Assembly (NCBI GenBank): GCA_964016885.1
Contig: OZ024761.1
Location: forward strand, 29,760,001-29,824,000
Length of the DNA: 64,000 nucleotides
Source: Eledone cirrhosa
Taxonomy: Eukaryota
Direction: 5' to 3'
The position numbers were made by a program, and so were the translations under genes. The number at the start of each line of letters is the position of its first letter. Within the stretch, counting starts at the first letter, position 1. The notes beneath the pieces are model-generated. The model made no database searches, was not told where the DNA came from, and worked only from the letters and a program-made list of their open reading frames with translations. Of this stretch, positions 1 through 13,623 are shown piece by piece.

Positions 1-113
1 TCTAAAATTCCTATGGAAGAGATCCGGCCAACCACTTATATAAACAAAGATGTGATGAGAGATAGTGAATTGTTGTGTTTTAGTATGTGTATAATTATGT
101 ATGTGTGTATATA

Positions 114-167
<54 letters not shown>

Positions 168-255
168 AAGAGAAAGAAAGATTAAGATTACCAGTTTTAA
201 ACTAGCAGAGGACTTGATACTTCGGATAGTAGAGTAGTAGAGTGTAAATATATTA

Positions 256-284
<29 letters not shown>

Positions 285-287
<3 letters not shown>

Positions 288-592
288 GGAACAAGTATGA
301 CCCCGACGGCAGAGCTCAAGCCGTTTCGACAGCTAATTCTGGACTAAATAAGAATTTTTGACCAATCATTCTGACAATTACTATCTTCCCATATAAGGAA
401 TTACCCCCTGAGAAGTTCGGCTATTTATTTACCGGGCTAAAAATTCTTATTTAGTCCAGAATTAGCTGTCGAAATAGCTTGAGCTCTGCCGTCGGGGTCA
501 TACTTGTTCCTATTACCCACTCTACTACCCTAAGTATTGAGTACTTTGGTGCGTTATGGTCCATCTGGTTCCTTACTACATTTCCTTCGTTA
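285..592 (+). mobile_element. Penelope-like pLTR fragment with inverted partial copy and degenerate type I hammerhead
   Basis: 75-bp inverted arms 285-359/439-513. Stem I ACCCC(403-407)/GGGGT(494-498), core CTGAGAA, GAAA at 471, GTC at 491-493. Flanked by (TA)n; related copies at 8764-8965 and about 19722-19835. Confidence 0.7.
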
Positions 593-879
593 TATATATA
601 TAGACCCATGCTAGCGTGGAAAATGGACGTTAAACGATGATGATGATGATGATGATATACATTGGCATAGCTGTGTGGTTGAGGAGAAATCAGATGTAGT
701 GTGCAAGAGAGAAGTTTGTGCTCGTATGGTCGTATGGACATGTGATGCATATAGATGATGATCACTGGATGAAGAAGTATTGGGAGACACCAGTGGAGAG
801 AAGCCACAGTTGAGGAAGACTACAGAAGACCTGGGCCAAGGTAGGGCAAGCTGACCCCATATCACTGAAGCTCACAGAT

Positions 880-1310
880 GAGACACAGAATAAGAAAGGT
901 CTAGAAATGTGTAGCTAAAGACAGACATAAACAGCCCTTTCTCTACACAGAGTAAGAAAAATAGAGAAATGTGTTGCTAAAGACTGACATAGTGTAATAA
1001 AGATGGAGAAATGTTTAGCTAAAGACAGACATAAACAGTCCTTTCTCTACACAGACAAAGACATTGTGTAAGAAAGGTAAAGAAATGTGTAACTTGAGAC
1101 AGACATAACCAGTCCTTTCTCTATACAGACACAGAATAAGAAAAATAGAGAAATGTGTAGCTAAAGACAGACACAGTATAACAAAGATGAAGAAATGTGT
1201 AGCTTAAGACAGACATAAACAATCCTTTCTCTACACAGACACGGATACAGAGTAAGAAGGATCTAGAAATGTGTAGCTTAAGACAGACATAAACAGTCCT
1301 TTCTCCACCA
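880..1310. repeat. Degenerate minisatellite (agaaatgtgtagctaaagacagacataaacagtcctttctctacacag)
   Basis: About 7-8 imperfect units visible. Confidence 0.85.
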
Positions 1311-2213
1311 AAAATGAGCCAGCCTTGTCCTACTTCTGAGAGTAACTGCAATTCCTAAGTATCTAATGCTTGTGAAAGGAATTACTGCACTGACTGGCAG
1401 CAAAATGTTGTTGTTTGCTGTAGATTTGGGTCAGCTCTGGGATTCTTTCTAGTTGTTATTGCTATTGGGGTTCTTTTTTTTACCTTTTTGGTTTAATTGT
1501 AGGGGAGGGGGGTGAGGTGGAGAATTTTTTTTCTTTTATTTGCTGCTGTTGTTGATGAGTTTATGAAGTTAAAGGTATAACAAAGATGAATAATGAGATA
1601 TACCCCCACCTCACCAACAAAATCACAAAATTACAACAACAAAAATAAATAAAACGAAATAAAAACAAAATCATAATTCCATAGACAAGAATAAGATTTG
1701 TTGTTGAGTTAAAAGAAGAATCCATATTAAATAATGGGAGAAAATGTTTGAAATTGCCATTTTATTAATATCTGAAATAATGGTGTGACATAACATGACA
1801 ACAATACAGGATGAGAGGTATAAAGCAGTTTTGTGTAATTCTAATACAACAGATAATTCTTTCAGTGATATTGTCTGTTTGAAATCATTCTCTCTCTATC
1901 TATCTATCTTTCTATCTCACACTTTGTATTGTCCCCTTTTCTTGTGCGCCCTTGTGGCTAATAAAGAAATATATCTATCTATCTCACACTTTGTCTGTCT
2001 GTCTCTCTCTCTATCTCTCTCTCTCTCTATAATCCTCATCATCATCATATATCATCATCATCATCATCATCACTGTTTTACGTCCGTTCTTCCATGCTAG
2101 CATGGGTTAGACGGGTTGTTCTGTTGTGGGCAGTGTCTGGTCAGCTGACCATGCCTTGCTCATACAGGAACTGATTTGGGCTTGATTTCTACAGCTGGAT
2201 GCCCTTCCTAACA

Positions 2214-2251
<38 letters not shown>

Positions 2252-2869
2252 ATTGTTTCTACTTTAGGCACAAGGCCAGCAATTACTCAGTACATTACTG
2301 GTACTTTATTTTATCGACCCCGTAAGGATGAAAGGCAAAGTTAACCTCAGCGGGATTTGAACTCAGACTGTAAAGGGACGTAACTATGCTAGAAAGCATG
2401 GCGTCCGACCCTCTACCGATACTGGCAATCCACCGCCCTTATATATATATAAAATAATTAAGTCAAATATGTAAAATTTGGCTTCGTTTATTATAAATTA
2501 AAAATTACTGCTATATATATTCCGGTGACATCCATCATTGGCTGTCACCTCTTCAGGCAGCCCGAATTGGTGTGGAAAAGACAGGTACACATGTTGTTAA
2601 AGTGTGTTTTACTCCGTCATTACATCGATATGTCCAGCTCCTGGGTGTGTTGTTATTCCTTCGAGGAACTGGAATCATATGAGCTAGAACAAACAAATTT
2701 CAGCATCAGAGGACACACTCGTATCCCATTGGTCAGTTGTGAGAACATTCCTCAGTCAAAAGTCTATAGAAATTCTTCTGAGGCAAGTCAGCCTGTTATA
2801 GTTGTTTTTGTCAGAATGTTTAAGTACAGCTGACCTCCTCTATTGTGCTAGTAGTGGTAGTGGTGTTAA

Positions 2870-2915
<46 letters not shown>

Positions 2916-3052
2916 TTCAAGAGTAACCAATCTTAAAGAGAGAGATTGAGATAGTAGAGGAGATATGAGAGGAAAGATATGAGAGGCACCATAGTAAAAA
3001 CTAATATATGGAACATTATATTATGTAACATTATTTTAATTTATATTCCTTT

Positions 3053-3178
3053 GAGTTCCGATGAGCCACTCTGTTTTTTTAAATATGTTAATTATTTTCA
3101 ACTGAACCAGATCAATTATGATACATAGTCATCTGATCCAGAAATATTATACGGAGTAGCGAAACAATTGTAAACGGG
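3053..3178 (+). ncRNA. Degenerate type I hammerhead ribozyme with long stem II
   Basis: gtt-CCGATGA(3058)-GCCACTCTG...CGGAGTAGC-GAAA(3161)-CAATTG-TA-aac; palindromic stem III ACAATTGT; U4C change in the core. Confidence 0.6.
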
Positions 3179-3302
3179 CATTATTATTATTAATATTATT
3201 ATTATTATTATTCTCTACATTCCTTACATCAAACTAAATATGTTGACAATCTTTTAATAATGTCTTCCTTGTGAAATTTGTGGTCTTGTTTTGCTTAACT
3301 AA

Positions 3303-3373
<71 letters not shown>

Positions 3374-3864
3374 TTATATGTATATGTGTGTATATATATA
3401 CAAATGATGGCTGCAACTCGATTTCGAGTAATGCCATCGCTTGATACTTAAACATGAGCATCACGAACGTAGCTTTTTAGTCCTGCTAGGGACTTGCCTA
3501 TGGCCAGCAATACCATGCATCACAAAAGATATCATATACCAAGTGATGCCTGTGCTTAAAGCTTTTTTTAAGCAAGGAAAGGCTTCGCACGAGGCTAATC
3601 CCATTCTCTGAACATTGAATGCATTTACCCAAAAAGTAGAATTGGTCGACATCATTGGATGTAAATTAAGTCACAGGTAGAATGTATGCTCAGAATGAAT
3701 GCTCAGCCACTCACATGTTAATTTCATGAGAAAGCTGTTCTGTTGATATATTATATATATATATAATTATTTAATATAGAAATGGCTTCTACAAGACTAG
3801 TACTGTTTCATTTGAATTACCCCCAATTTAACTCAGGATCTACATATATGTATATATATACATA

Positions 3865-3909
<45 letters not shown>

Positions 3910-4322
3910 GTATATGTATGTATATATAAATATATATACAAACAAATATGTACACCTACACATGCACACATACACACACACACACATATATGTGTGTATC
4001 AACAGAACCTCCTGTGTATTTGTTTCTCTCTCCTGGTGATTCGTAACTTTGGATATTTTCAGTTTAGATAACTTGGCAACCAGTTAGAACCAATCAATCA
4101 AAACCATTTCATTATGTAAAACCTGTCTACTAGACTATTGACTATAACGCTAACCTATTAAATCATTACTTGGCCTATCTAAATACTAAATATCGATACC
4201 GAAGCCGATATTTGATAGGGTATTGAATTGAATTGAATTTTATAAAAATGTACTGCCTTTATTTTATTGATTATGTATAATAAATTATGATGAAAGAAAT
4301 AACAGCATAGAACAATATATAG

Positions 4323-4427
<105 letters not shown>

Positions 4428-4974
4428 CTTGGTAATAATTGTATCTTTCTTTAGAAGATTGCCACAGGACAGATGATGTATATATGTGTGAAGTCTAATA
4501 GGTAGGTAGGTTAGGATAGCTGGTTAACTGGCTGGCTGGATGTAGGGATGAATGGATGGATGGACAGATGTAGGGATGGATTGGTGGATGGATGGATTGA
4601 TGGATGGATCGTTGAACAGATGGATGTAGGGATGAATGGTTGTTTAACTAACTAACTAACTGACAGGCTAACTGTACAGATAGATGGATAGTTGGTTAGC
4701 TAACTGGCAGGCTATCTAGAGGGAGAGATGGTTAGCTAACTGTCTGGCTAACTGACTGGTTGGATGTTTAACTGGTTAACTAACTGACAGGCTAAATGTA
4801 CCATTGGATGGATAGTTGGTTGGCTAACTGGTTGACTAACGAGCAGGATAACTGTAGGGATGGATGGATAGCTGGTTGGATGGATGGTTGTCTAACTGGC
4901 AGGCTATCTGGAGGGACGGATGGTTAGCTAACTGACAGACTGACAGTCAGTTAAACAACCATCCATTCAGTCTA

Positions 4975-5510
4975 ACTATTTATTACTAAAAAAAGAAGGG
5001 GAAACAAAAGGAAAGAAAGAATCGGGAAATATAGAAAAAAAAAAGAGGCGAGAAAGAAAGAAGACAAAGATTGAGAAGGCGAGGGGTTGGCAAGAGCTCT
5101 GGTGTCGCAGAAGAGAGGGGCAGGGTGATTGGGCTTTGGGCCTAGGGCAAGAGGAAAGAAGTGCTGTGCCCTGCTGACAAGACGGCAAAAGCATTCCCAC
5201 AGACGATGGCCAGTGACACCCGCTATGACAGCCACGCAACTTCATGGAGCACTCTCCTCTAATGGGCCACCGACGCTCTGATCTTGTGGAGGAGATCGGC
5301 AGTACGGGGGTCCAAGTACGCCTTAGGTCTCGACAGGAAGCGGCCGGACAAACCCCAGTATTTGTTTATTTTACGTTCTTCTGCAAGGCGGGCTGCGATG
5401 CCGAGGTTTGTGGCCAAAGCGACTAAATTGGAGGCAGAGAACGTGTCGCAGCAGGTGACGTCCCAGATGAGGGATCTACCTCCTTCGAATGGAAAGAGTG
5501 GATGTAGACA
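4975..5510 (-). mobile_element. 3' fragment of a CRE-like non-LTR retrotransposon (restriction-like endonuclease domain)
   Basis: Minus-strand translation SLIWDVTCCDTFSAS...AARLAEERKINKY...VET*GVLG...WLS*RVSLAIVCGNA matches the WD.T..DT...AE..K..KY and QR.S.AI.RGNA C-terminal motifs; contains stops. Confidence 0.75.
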
Positions 5511-5815
5511 TAAATGGATGGATGATTAGATGGTTGCCTAACTGGCTGGCTGGATGTAGGGATGGTTGAGTGTTTGGTTGGTTGGATGGCTGTCTGGTCA
5601 TCAGGTTGGATAGCTGAGTGGCAGGATGATGGCTCACTGGCCAGCTGGCTGGTTAGCTGGATGGCAGGATGGCTGGTTTGCTGACTGGCAGGATGGCTGC
5701 CTGGTCAGCTGGCTGGTTAGCTGTATAGTTCACTATACAATAATATAATTACCTACAACACAGACTGGCACCATTTACTTCTTCTGGGGTTTACAGGCTG
5801 TTTCTTTATTCTGAC

Positions 5816-5853
<38 letters not shown>

Positions 5854-6243
5854 ACCTATATGGAATATAAATATTTACACATGTCTATAATCTTTATATT
5901 TTCTCTCTCTCTCTTTCTCTCTCTCCCTTCTCACGCACCCTCCTCTCTCTTTCACCCTCCTTTCTCCCTTTCTCATGCCCAGCTCTCCCATCCTCCCCTC
6001 TCCCTCCCCCTCTCTCTCACCCACCCTCTCCGTTCTCCCCGCCCCTTCTCTGCTGTCAGACAACATCAATAAATTAATATTGTCTCTCTAAACACTTGAC
6101 AACTATATTTACTGTAGAGGCAGTAAATTGGTCAACAGTCATTAGAGTCGTTAGATTCCTTAGATTAATTATATTGTTAATTTCTTCTGGCTCCCTGCAC
6201 TCTGTTCAAATCCCACTGAGGTCAATTTTGTCTTTCATATACA

Positions 6244-6333
<90 letters not shown>

Positions 6334-6409
6334 CATATATTTATTTTTACACATATATATAACTATATACATATATATATTTATACATATATATATATAT
6401 ATATATAAT

Positions 6410-7095
6410 ACTAGCAGCAGTACCCAGCGTTGCCTGGTAGGTAAAATAATATCTGCTTTGATGAAAAGGTGTTGATCTTAGCGACTGCTTCCTGATGACT
6501 CATCTATGGCCACACACAGGCCATGCGGGGAAAGATGTTGATGACCTCTATCACTGAGAAACGCAGTGGTATTTTCAAATATTTAAGCGGCTGCCTCGCC
6601 GTTCCTGAACAAAAACCCCAATATGTAAAGCCACTTTAAGACGTCAAATAATCAGATCTAGCGTAGTGTAAAATTTGAACAAAGTAGGTTGATTAATGTG
6701 GGAGCTAGAGCTGAAAAACTTGAAATTTGCACTAAAAGTGGTATTTTTGAATATTTAAGCGGCTGCCATGCCGTCTCTGAAAAACAAATGCAAAATATAA
6801 AGCCATTACAGGATGTGCAAAGATAAATTCTATTTTGCTTTAAAATTTGAACGAAATCGGTGGCAAAATGTGGGAGCTAGAGCCAAAAATCTTATTTTTT
6901 GATACCTAAAAAATGGTGAACCCCCCCTCCCCTCCCCTATCGATTTTATCTACAGAATGACCCCGGAATAAAAAAACGATACGCTGATATATAGAAAACA
7001 CTCCCCGATGACTAATCTATGAGCCTGTAAAGTTTCATGAAAATCAGTCATAATACATAGGTAATACACAGACACACAGATACACACACACATAC
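6410..7095. mobile_element. Non-autonomous Helitron/HINE-like element
   Basis: Starts actagcagcagtacccagcgttgcc, has an internal direct duplication (about 6565-6720/6735-6890), and ends aaagtttcatgaaaatcagtc...(AC)n. Recognised by layout only. Confidence 0.45.
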
Positions 7096-7352
7096 TTAAT
7101 GTTACATATATACATATACATATATATATGTATAACTGATAACTTTGATAGGTTTCAGCCAGTATTGGCCCAGGCCATGTATGTATATATATATATATGT
7201 TTCATTTGAAAGAAATCAGTCGGGATTTTACTTCTCTCTCTCTCTCCACACACACACATACATATATATCAGAATGGAGGTGGTAAAAACCAGTTAGATC
7301 ATTACTCACCAGAGTACTCGATACTTGGGGTAGTATAGTGGGTAATATGAAA

Positions 7353-7384
<32 letters not shown>

Positions 7385-7757
7385 GTATAAATATATATAT
7401 GTAGTGTATATATATAGGGAAATGTAGTGTATATATAGTGTATATGTAGTGTTGGCGAATCTCAGGAAGTATGGAGATTTTAAAGGATGCAGTGTCCCAG
7501 CAGCTAACAACTGATGCAGGTAGTTTGTTCCATGCTTCAGCAACTCTGAGCGTGAAAAAATGTTTCCGAAAGTCATGGGAGCTGTGTTGTTTTCTGACTT
7601 TGTAGGCTTTCTCATTGGTGTTAGACACATGGAATTCAAAAGGGTGCTCAGGGTTGTTGTTGGCAAAATGGTTAATAATTTTGTGGGTGTATATCGTAAA
7701 AGAAACATGGTATATTGTATATATATCAAATACATATTCTATAGAAGAATATGTATA

Positions 7758-8252
7758 CTTCTGATGAGTACCTGACTCTCATGTGGTTTAATCATAATCA
7801 ATAGTTTGTCTTCGATAATTGATTATATTGATTGATTTTTTTTAATGATAATCATCATCATCATCATCATACATCCGCTTTTCGCTGCTTGCAAGGGTGG
7901 GACGGGAACTGATTCTGGCTTGATTTCTACAGCTGGATGCCCTTCCTAACACCAACCTCATTCACAGTGAGTGCTGGGTGCTTTTTTGCCGTGGCACCTC
8001 CACGACCACTTTGCAATGGAATGATAGGGACCCCAGTCCCTATCATCTCATTTCTACAGCTGAGTAAACTGGAGCAATGTGAAATAAAGTGTCTTGCTCA
8101 AGGAAACAACACATCACCCGGTCTGAGAATTGAACTCACAACCTTTCGATTGCAAGCCCAATGCTCTAACCACTAAGCCATGTGCCTCCATACATCGATT
8201 ACATGAATCAATTTTTAGCCACACTTTCCAGGTATGAAATAGTGCTGTAAGG
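7758..8252 (+). ncRNA. Type I hammerhead ribozyme with stem II interrupted by a SINE
   Basis: ctt-CTGATGA(7761)-GTACCTG...[SINE about 7850-8190]...CAGGTAT-GAAA(8236)-TAGTGCTG-TA-agg; enclosed by inverted arms at about 7690-7758/8273-8343. Confidence 0.65.
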
Positions 8253-8504
8253 CTTCACTTACAATTCCTCCTGTATATATATATTCTTCTATAGAATATG
8301 TATTTGGTATATAGACAATATACCGTTTTTCTTGTACGATATATGGCTCTTTCTATATATATACATATATCTTTTTATTTGGTTATTATGGCTCTAGATA
8401 AAGTCTATTGATCTTACTTATTGAACGACACAAAATTCTAAACATATTTGATATGTTTTGATTCATCATTTGTATTATCTTTATATATACATGTGTGTGT
8501 GTGT

Positions 8505-8699
8505 GTACCCTGGGTTCAATCAGAGGTAACCACAGTAAGTAGGGTACTCAATAGAGACCAGAGTATAAATATATAATATAGAAATGGCTTCTACAGGACT
8601 AGAACTGTTTCATTCGAAGGAAATCATCAAGAAAGGGCTTTCCTGATGATTTCCTTCGAATGAAACAGTTCTAGTCCTGTAGAAGCCATTTCTATATTA
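8505..8699. mobile_element. Penelope-like insert: palindrome 8574-8699 containing a type I hammerhead
   Basis: + strand: CTGATGA(8643)-TTTCcttcGAAT-GAAACAG-ttctagtc-CTGTA-GAAGCC. The minus arm reads TTGATGA. The tail at 8505-8570 matches the reverse complement of about 54345-54410. Confidence 0.75.
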
Positions 8700-8763
8700 A
8701 ATATATATATATATATATATACTATATATATATATTGCATATATATATATATATATTATATAT

Positions 8764-8965
8764 ATAGGAAAAAGTATGACCCTGACGGCAGAGCTCAAGC
8801 CGTTTCGACGGCTATTTCTGGACTTTAGTCCAGAAATAGCCGTCAAAACGGCTTGAGCTCTGCCGTCGTGGTCATACTTTTTCCTATTTCCCACTCTACT
8901 ACCCTAAGTATTGAGTACTCTGGTGCGTTATGGTCCATCTGGTTCCTTACCACAATTCCTTTGTT
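8764..8965 (+). mobile_element. Second copy of the 285-592 Penelope-like family (palindrome 8764-8887 plus tail)
   Basis: Near-perfect foldback and shared tail tcccactctactaccctaagtattgagtact...; 5' truncated, lacking the CTGA core. Confidence 0.7.
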
Positions 8966-9571
8966 ATATATATATATATATATATATATAAACACACACA
9001 CACACACACACACGTACATCATACAAATTCCTTGCATATTTCCGTATAGTTGAATGTTGAATTGTCAATATACATTTTAATTTATTTCAAAAAAGTTTTA
9101 GTGAGGAATAGTTAATTTATTTGTTGTTCTTTTTATTGTTTAGATTTGTTTAGACATTCCAAACATAATTTAGCTTTAGCCTGGCTTTCTACAGTTGAAT
9201 TCTCTTGAAATTTATTTTTCATTTATACAAATCATCATCATAACACCATTATCACCATCATCATCATCATCATCATACCCATTAACTCCATTATCATCAT
9301 CATTATCATCATAACCAAAGGGCGGTGAATTGGCAGTATCGGTAGAGGGTCGGATATGCTTTCTAGCATAGCTATGTCCCTTTATGATCTGACTTCAAAT
9401 CCCGCCGAGGTTAACTTTGCCTTTCATCCTTACGGGGTCGATAATATAAAGTACCAGTAATGTACTGGGTAATTGCTGGCCTTGTGCCAAAAGTAGAAAC
9501 AATTATCATCATAACCAACACCATTATCACCATCATCATTATAATCCAATAAATATTTGCCTTTTTCTAAT

Positions 9572-9910
9572 TCATGACAAAAAGCACCCAGTCCACCCTG
9601 TAAGATGATAGTGTTGGTATTATGACAAAAAGCACCCAGTCCACCCTGTAAGATGATAGTGTTGGTATTATGACAAAAAGCACCCAGTCCACCCTGTAAG
9701 ATGATAGTGTTCGTACTATGTCAAAAGCACCCAGTCCACCCTGTAAGGTGGTATCGCTGGTACTATGTCAAAAAGCACCCAATCGACCCTGCAAGGTGGT
9801 AGTTTTGGTACTATGCCAAAAAGCATCCAGTAAGTGGTAGTGTTGGTTCCATGACAAAAAAGCAATCAGTCCACCATGTAAGGTGGTAGTGCTGGTGCTA
9901 TGACAAAATT
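9572..9910. repeat. About 48-bp minisatellite derived from a SINE internal motif
   Basis: Repeated tgacaaaaagcacccagtccaccctgtaagatgatagtgttggtatta, degrading rightwards. Confidence 0.9.
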
Positions 9911-9959
9911 GATGATGATGGCATTGATGGTGATGATTATAGGGGTGGTAGTGATGATG

Positions 9960-10130
9960 TACCATCGGCACAGAGTTGGCTACCCTCAGATGTGAGCCTT
10001 GCGAGTTGAAATGGCTCTTCCAGCGCAACTCCCTCACCATCCTCTGGGTAAATGCCTTCTATATTCTGTCTGCCAAGGCCATGGGGTAGCCAGCGCATGG
10101 GACCCTATTTGTTCATAATAGTGAAAGATG
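9960..10130 (+). mobile_element. CRE-like LINE C-terminal fragment
   Basis: Translates ...EPCELKWLFQRNSLTILWVNAFYILSA. Confidence 0.6.
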
Positions 10131-12940
10131 GGGAGAGTGGGAGAGATGGAGGCAGTGACAGTGGGAGTTAGGTTATTTTGTGTTCTGACCTGGTGTATAT
10201 ATAGGTTTCATGGTGTATATATGTGTTTCATGGACACACACACTCACACATCTATTCCCCTATTACTAATAGCAAAATGAAAAACCCATGTTAGCATAGA
10301 AGATAGTCATTAAACGATGATGATGATGATGATAACCTGAATTTATTCTACATATAAGGAGATGACAGATACAATACAGTTGGGAACTAAATGGTTTAGT
10401 ATATCAACAGCCACACCTCACTTGACTGAAATTAAACACTGGTGGGATTAACTTTTCTTTAACCTTTTTGTTACCATTTTCTATTGAAAGACATTGACCC
10501 CCTATGATTTTCAGATCATTTTGAAAATAATCAAAAATTTGAAGGAATTTATTAACATAACTTTCTCATTTTGTTACCATATTTCTGTTAAATGAACAGC
10601 ACTGCCTATTCTTAGCAGTAACTTTTCTGGCTTCTTACAATCTGAGTTTAAATTCTACCATGGTTAACTGTGTTTCATCTTTTTGAGGTCAGTAAAATAA
10701 AGTACCAGTGAAGTACTGGTGTCAATATAATTAGCTTCCTCCCCATCCATTCAAAAAAAAAATGTTGGCCTTATGTCAAAATTAGAAACCTTTCATTAGA
10801 TATCTAGTTACGAAAGAGTTAGATCTATCAAATAACTCTCATCATCAATGCAATCACAGTCAAACATTCCTGATAAAGTCTCTCCAAAATTCACAGTTTT
10901 CCATTGCTCCAGGTAACTACTGCTCCCATACTGAAGTTTGTATTATCCAGACCTGACAACCTCTAAAAACCCAAATGGCAAATACCATGAAAAATAGTGC
11001 CCCAAAAACAAGGATAAATGAGGCAAAATGGGGGAGATTTTACATTGCAGAAAGCTATACCCATTTTCACAAGAGAAGACATTTCTCACCAACCCCAAAG
11101 TGGGTGGGAGATCTCCCCATAGGATGGTGAGAGTTGACAGATCTGATTATCTGAGGGTCGATTTATGAACATTTTAGCAGGTTGTCCTCTCTACTGTGTC
11201 AGTCCCCCATGAGTTGGTTCTCACAATTAACCTATAATATATTCCATTGGGTCATTTAAAATCATCCAACTTAGTGTTGGACATTCCATTAAAACTCTAG
11301 TAGGGAAGAGTTAGATCTAATCCTATTGCCTACCAAGTGATATAAACTTATAATATATTCCATTTGGATTGGACATTTAAAGTCATCCAACTGTGTGTAA
11401 CTTTCTGACAAGTAAAACAACAAATCTGTCAGATTGTTACAACAAATGTACCATTTTCTTTAGCATGACATTTGACATTTAAAGAAGATTAGAATAACTA
11501 GCTACAATGTAGGCTTCTCCAAAAGACCCCCACCACCCTGCCATCACACCACCAAACCACAGCTCCACCCTGTCTCTTTCTCTCACTCCCTCATTCTCTC
11601 TCTGTCATGACATGTTTGACAGCTTCTGAACCTAGCTGGTTGACTTCTTGTTCTTTAACCCTTTCTAATGAAAGACTGAACTGTTTACTGAAGGATTTCA
11701 TTTTTTAAAATAATCTAAGAAATTGGAGTGATTTAGTAATATAACTCACTAACTTTCCCATTATTTAGATCGACCCCCCCCCTTTCATCCTTACGGGGTC
11801 GATAAAATAAAGTACCAGTAATGTACTGGGTAATTTTCTGGCCTTGTGCCAATAGTAGAAACAATTATTTAGCTACTGAATTCGAGGGTGGTGATGGATT
11901 GTAGGTGGAGGTATGTGACCTGGTGATAAGGGTGTTGGACTTACAATCATAATGTTGTGGGTTTGATTCCTGGACTGGGTTGTGTGTTGTGTTCTTAAGC
12001 AAAAACACTTCATTTCACGTTGCTACAGTATACTCAGCTGAAAATGAGTACCAGCAATACCTGGAGGGTTTAACCCTGCGATGGACTGCCATCCTCTCCA
12101 AGAAGGAAATCTGGTGATCTCAATCATTTCACGCCACAGGAACTGCGATAAGCACAGACTGATGAGCCTCCAGGGTTGAGACAGACTTTTGGTGGATTGG
12201 TGGGTGGTGGTGGTAAAGGATTGGAGGGATGGTGGTGATGTATTGGCAGGGTCAGTAGAGTGTCAGACTGAATGCTTTGTGGTATTTAGTTATGAATTTT
12301 CTACATTCTGGGTTCAAATCCCTTTATTGATCTCTTCTGGGGGGGGGGGGGGGGGGGGGGGTCAATAAAATAAAGAAACAATTAAGTACAGAGTGTTTGT
12401 GTGTGTGTGCGTGTGTGCGTGTGTGTTGGTGTGTTGGTGTCTGTCTCTGCGTCTGCATCTGCGTGCGAGTGTGTGAGTATGTGCATATATATATGTGTGT
12501 GTGTGTGTGTTTGTATGTACTAAGTCAGTTGGTCAAACCCTCGGAGATAGATTTCATCATATATATATGTGTGTCTGTGTGTATGTATATATGTGTGTGT
12601 ATGTGTCTTTGTGTATATATGTTGAGACTATAGGTTTCATCTGACAGACTTAACAGTTCACGACAGCACAGTACTGCTTTTAATAACAACATTGGGATGT
12701 TTATTTGTAATTTTTTTTGTGTGTGTATGTGTGTGTTTGGGGTATTATTTATTATTTTTCTTTTTTAAATACCTCCTTTACTAATTACAAACTTTAACAT
12801 AGTATTTAGTTTAGTATTTCATTCTTTATTCTCTGTTTAATTCTATGGTTGTCCTACTCTGTTTCATTAACAAGGTTTAAACCTCTTATATCTTGTAACT
12901 TATAACTTTATATGGTGTATGTTGTATTTTGTATTTTTAG

Positions 12941-13023
12941 ATCCAGCTTTGGTGAATGAAAGTGACTGCCCAGGGAGGACACCATTGATATATGCCATCC
13001 ATTATAATCAACTGGACGCTCTG
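12941..13023 (+). pseudogene. Truncated duplicate of the 14453 ankyrin exon ([28 protein letters not shown])
   Basis: Same acceptor context (ttgtatttttAG) and closely similar sequence; runs into a (TA)n tract at about 13024 with no donor. Confidence 0.85.
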
Positions 13024-13048
13024 ATATATATATACATATTATATATAC

Positions 13049-13274
<226 letters not shown>

Positions 13275-13623
13275 ATATATCAGAGGGTGGTGGTGGTGGT
13301 GGTGGATTGGAAAGGTAGAAGTGGTGGTTGATTGGAAGAGTGGCGGGATGGTGGTATGGTGGTGGGGGTGGTTGATTGAAAGGGTGGTACTGTTCGGTGT
13401 TGGTAGTGGTTGTTGATTTGAAGGTTGGTGATGGTGGTATTGGTGGTTGATTGGAAGGATGGTAGTGGTGGTTGATTGGAAGGATGGTGGTTGTTGTGGA
13501 TTGGAAGGGTGGTATGGTGGTGGTGGTGGTGGAGGTGAATTGGAGGGTGGTAAAACTTTAGTATTTCATTCCTTATTCTCTGTTTAATTCCATAATTGTC
13601 CTGCTCTGTTTCATTAACAAGAT

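Noticed and set aside
2522-2830. Minus-strand FGLPEEVTANDG motif resembling a Gypsy integrase
   Set aside because: Only a short motif with no extended frame or LTRs; too weak to call.
4030-4215. Further hammerhead-like relics (also about 20388-20445, 28105-28185, 53925-53950)
   Set aside because: Hairpins are present but the cores have several mismatches; they cannot be supported without family alignments.
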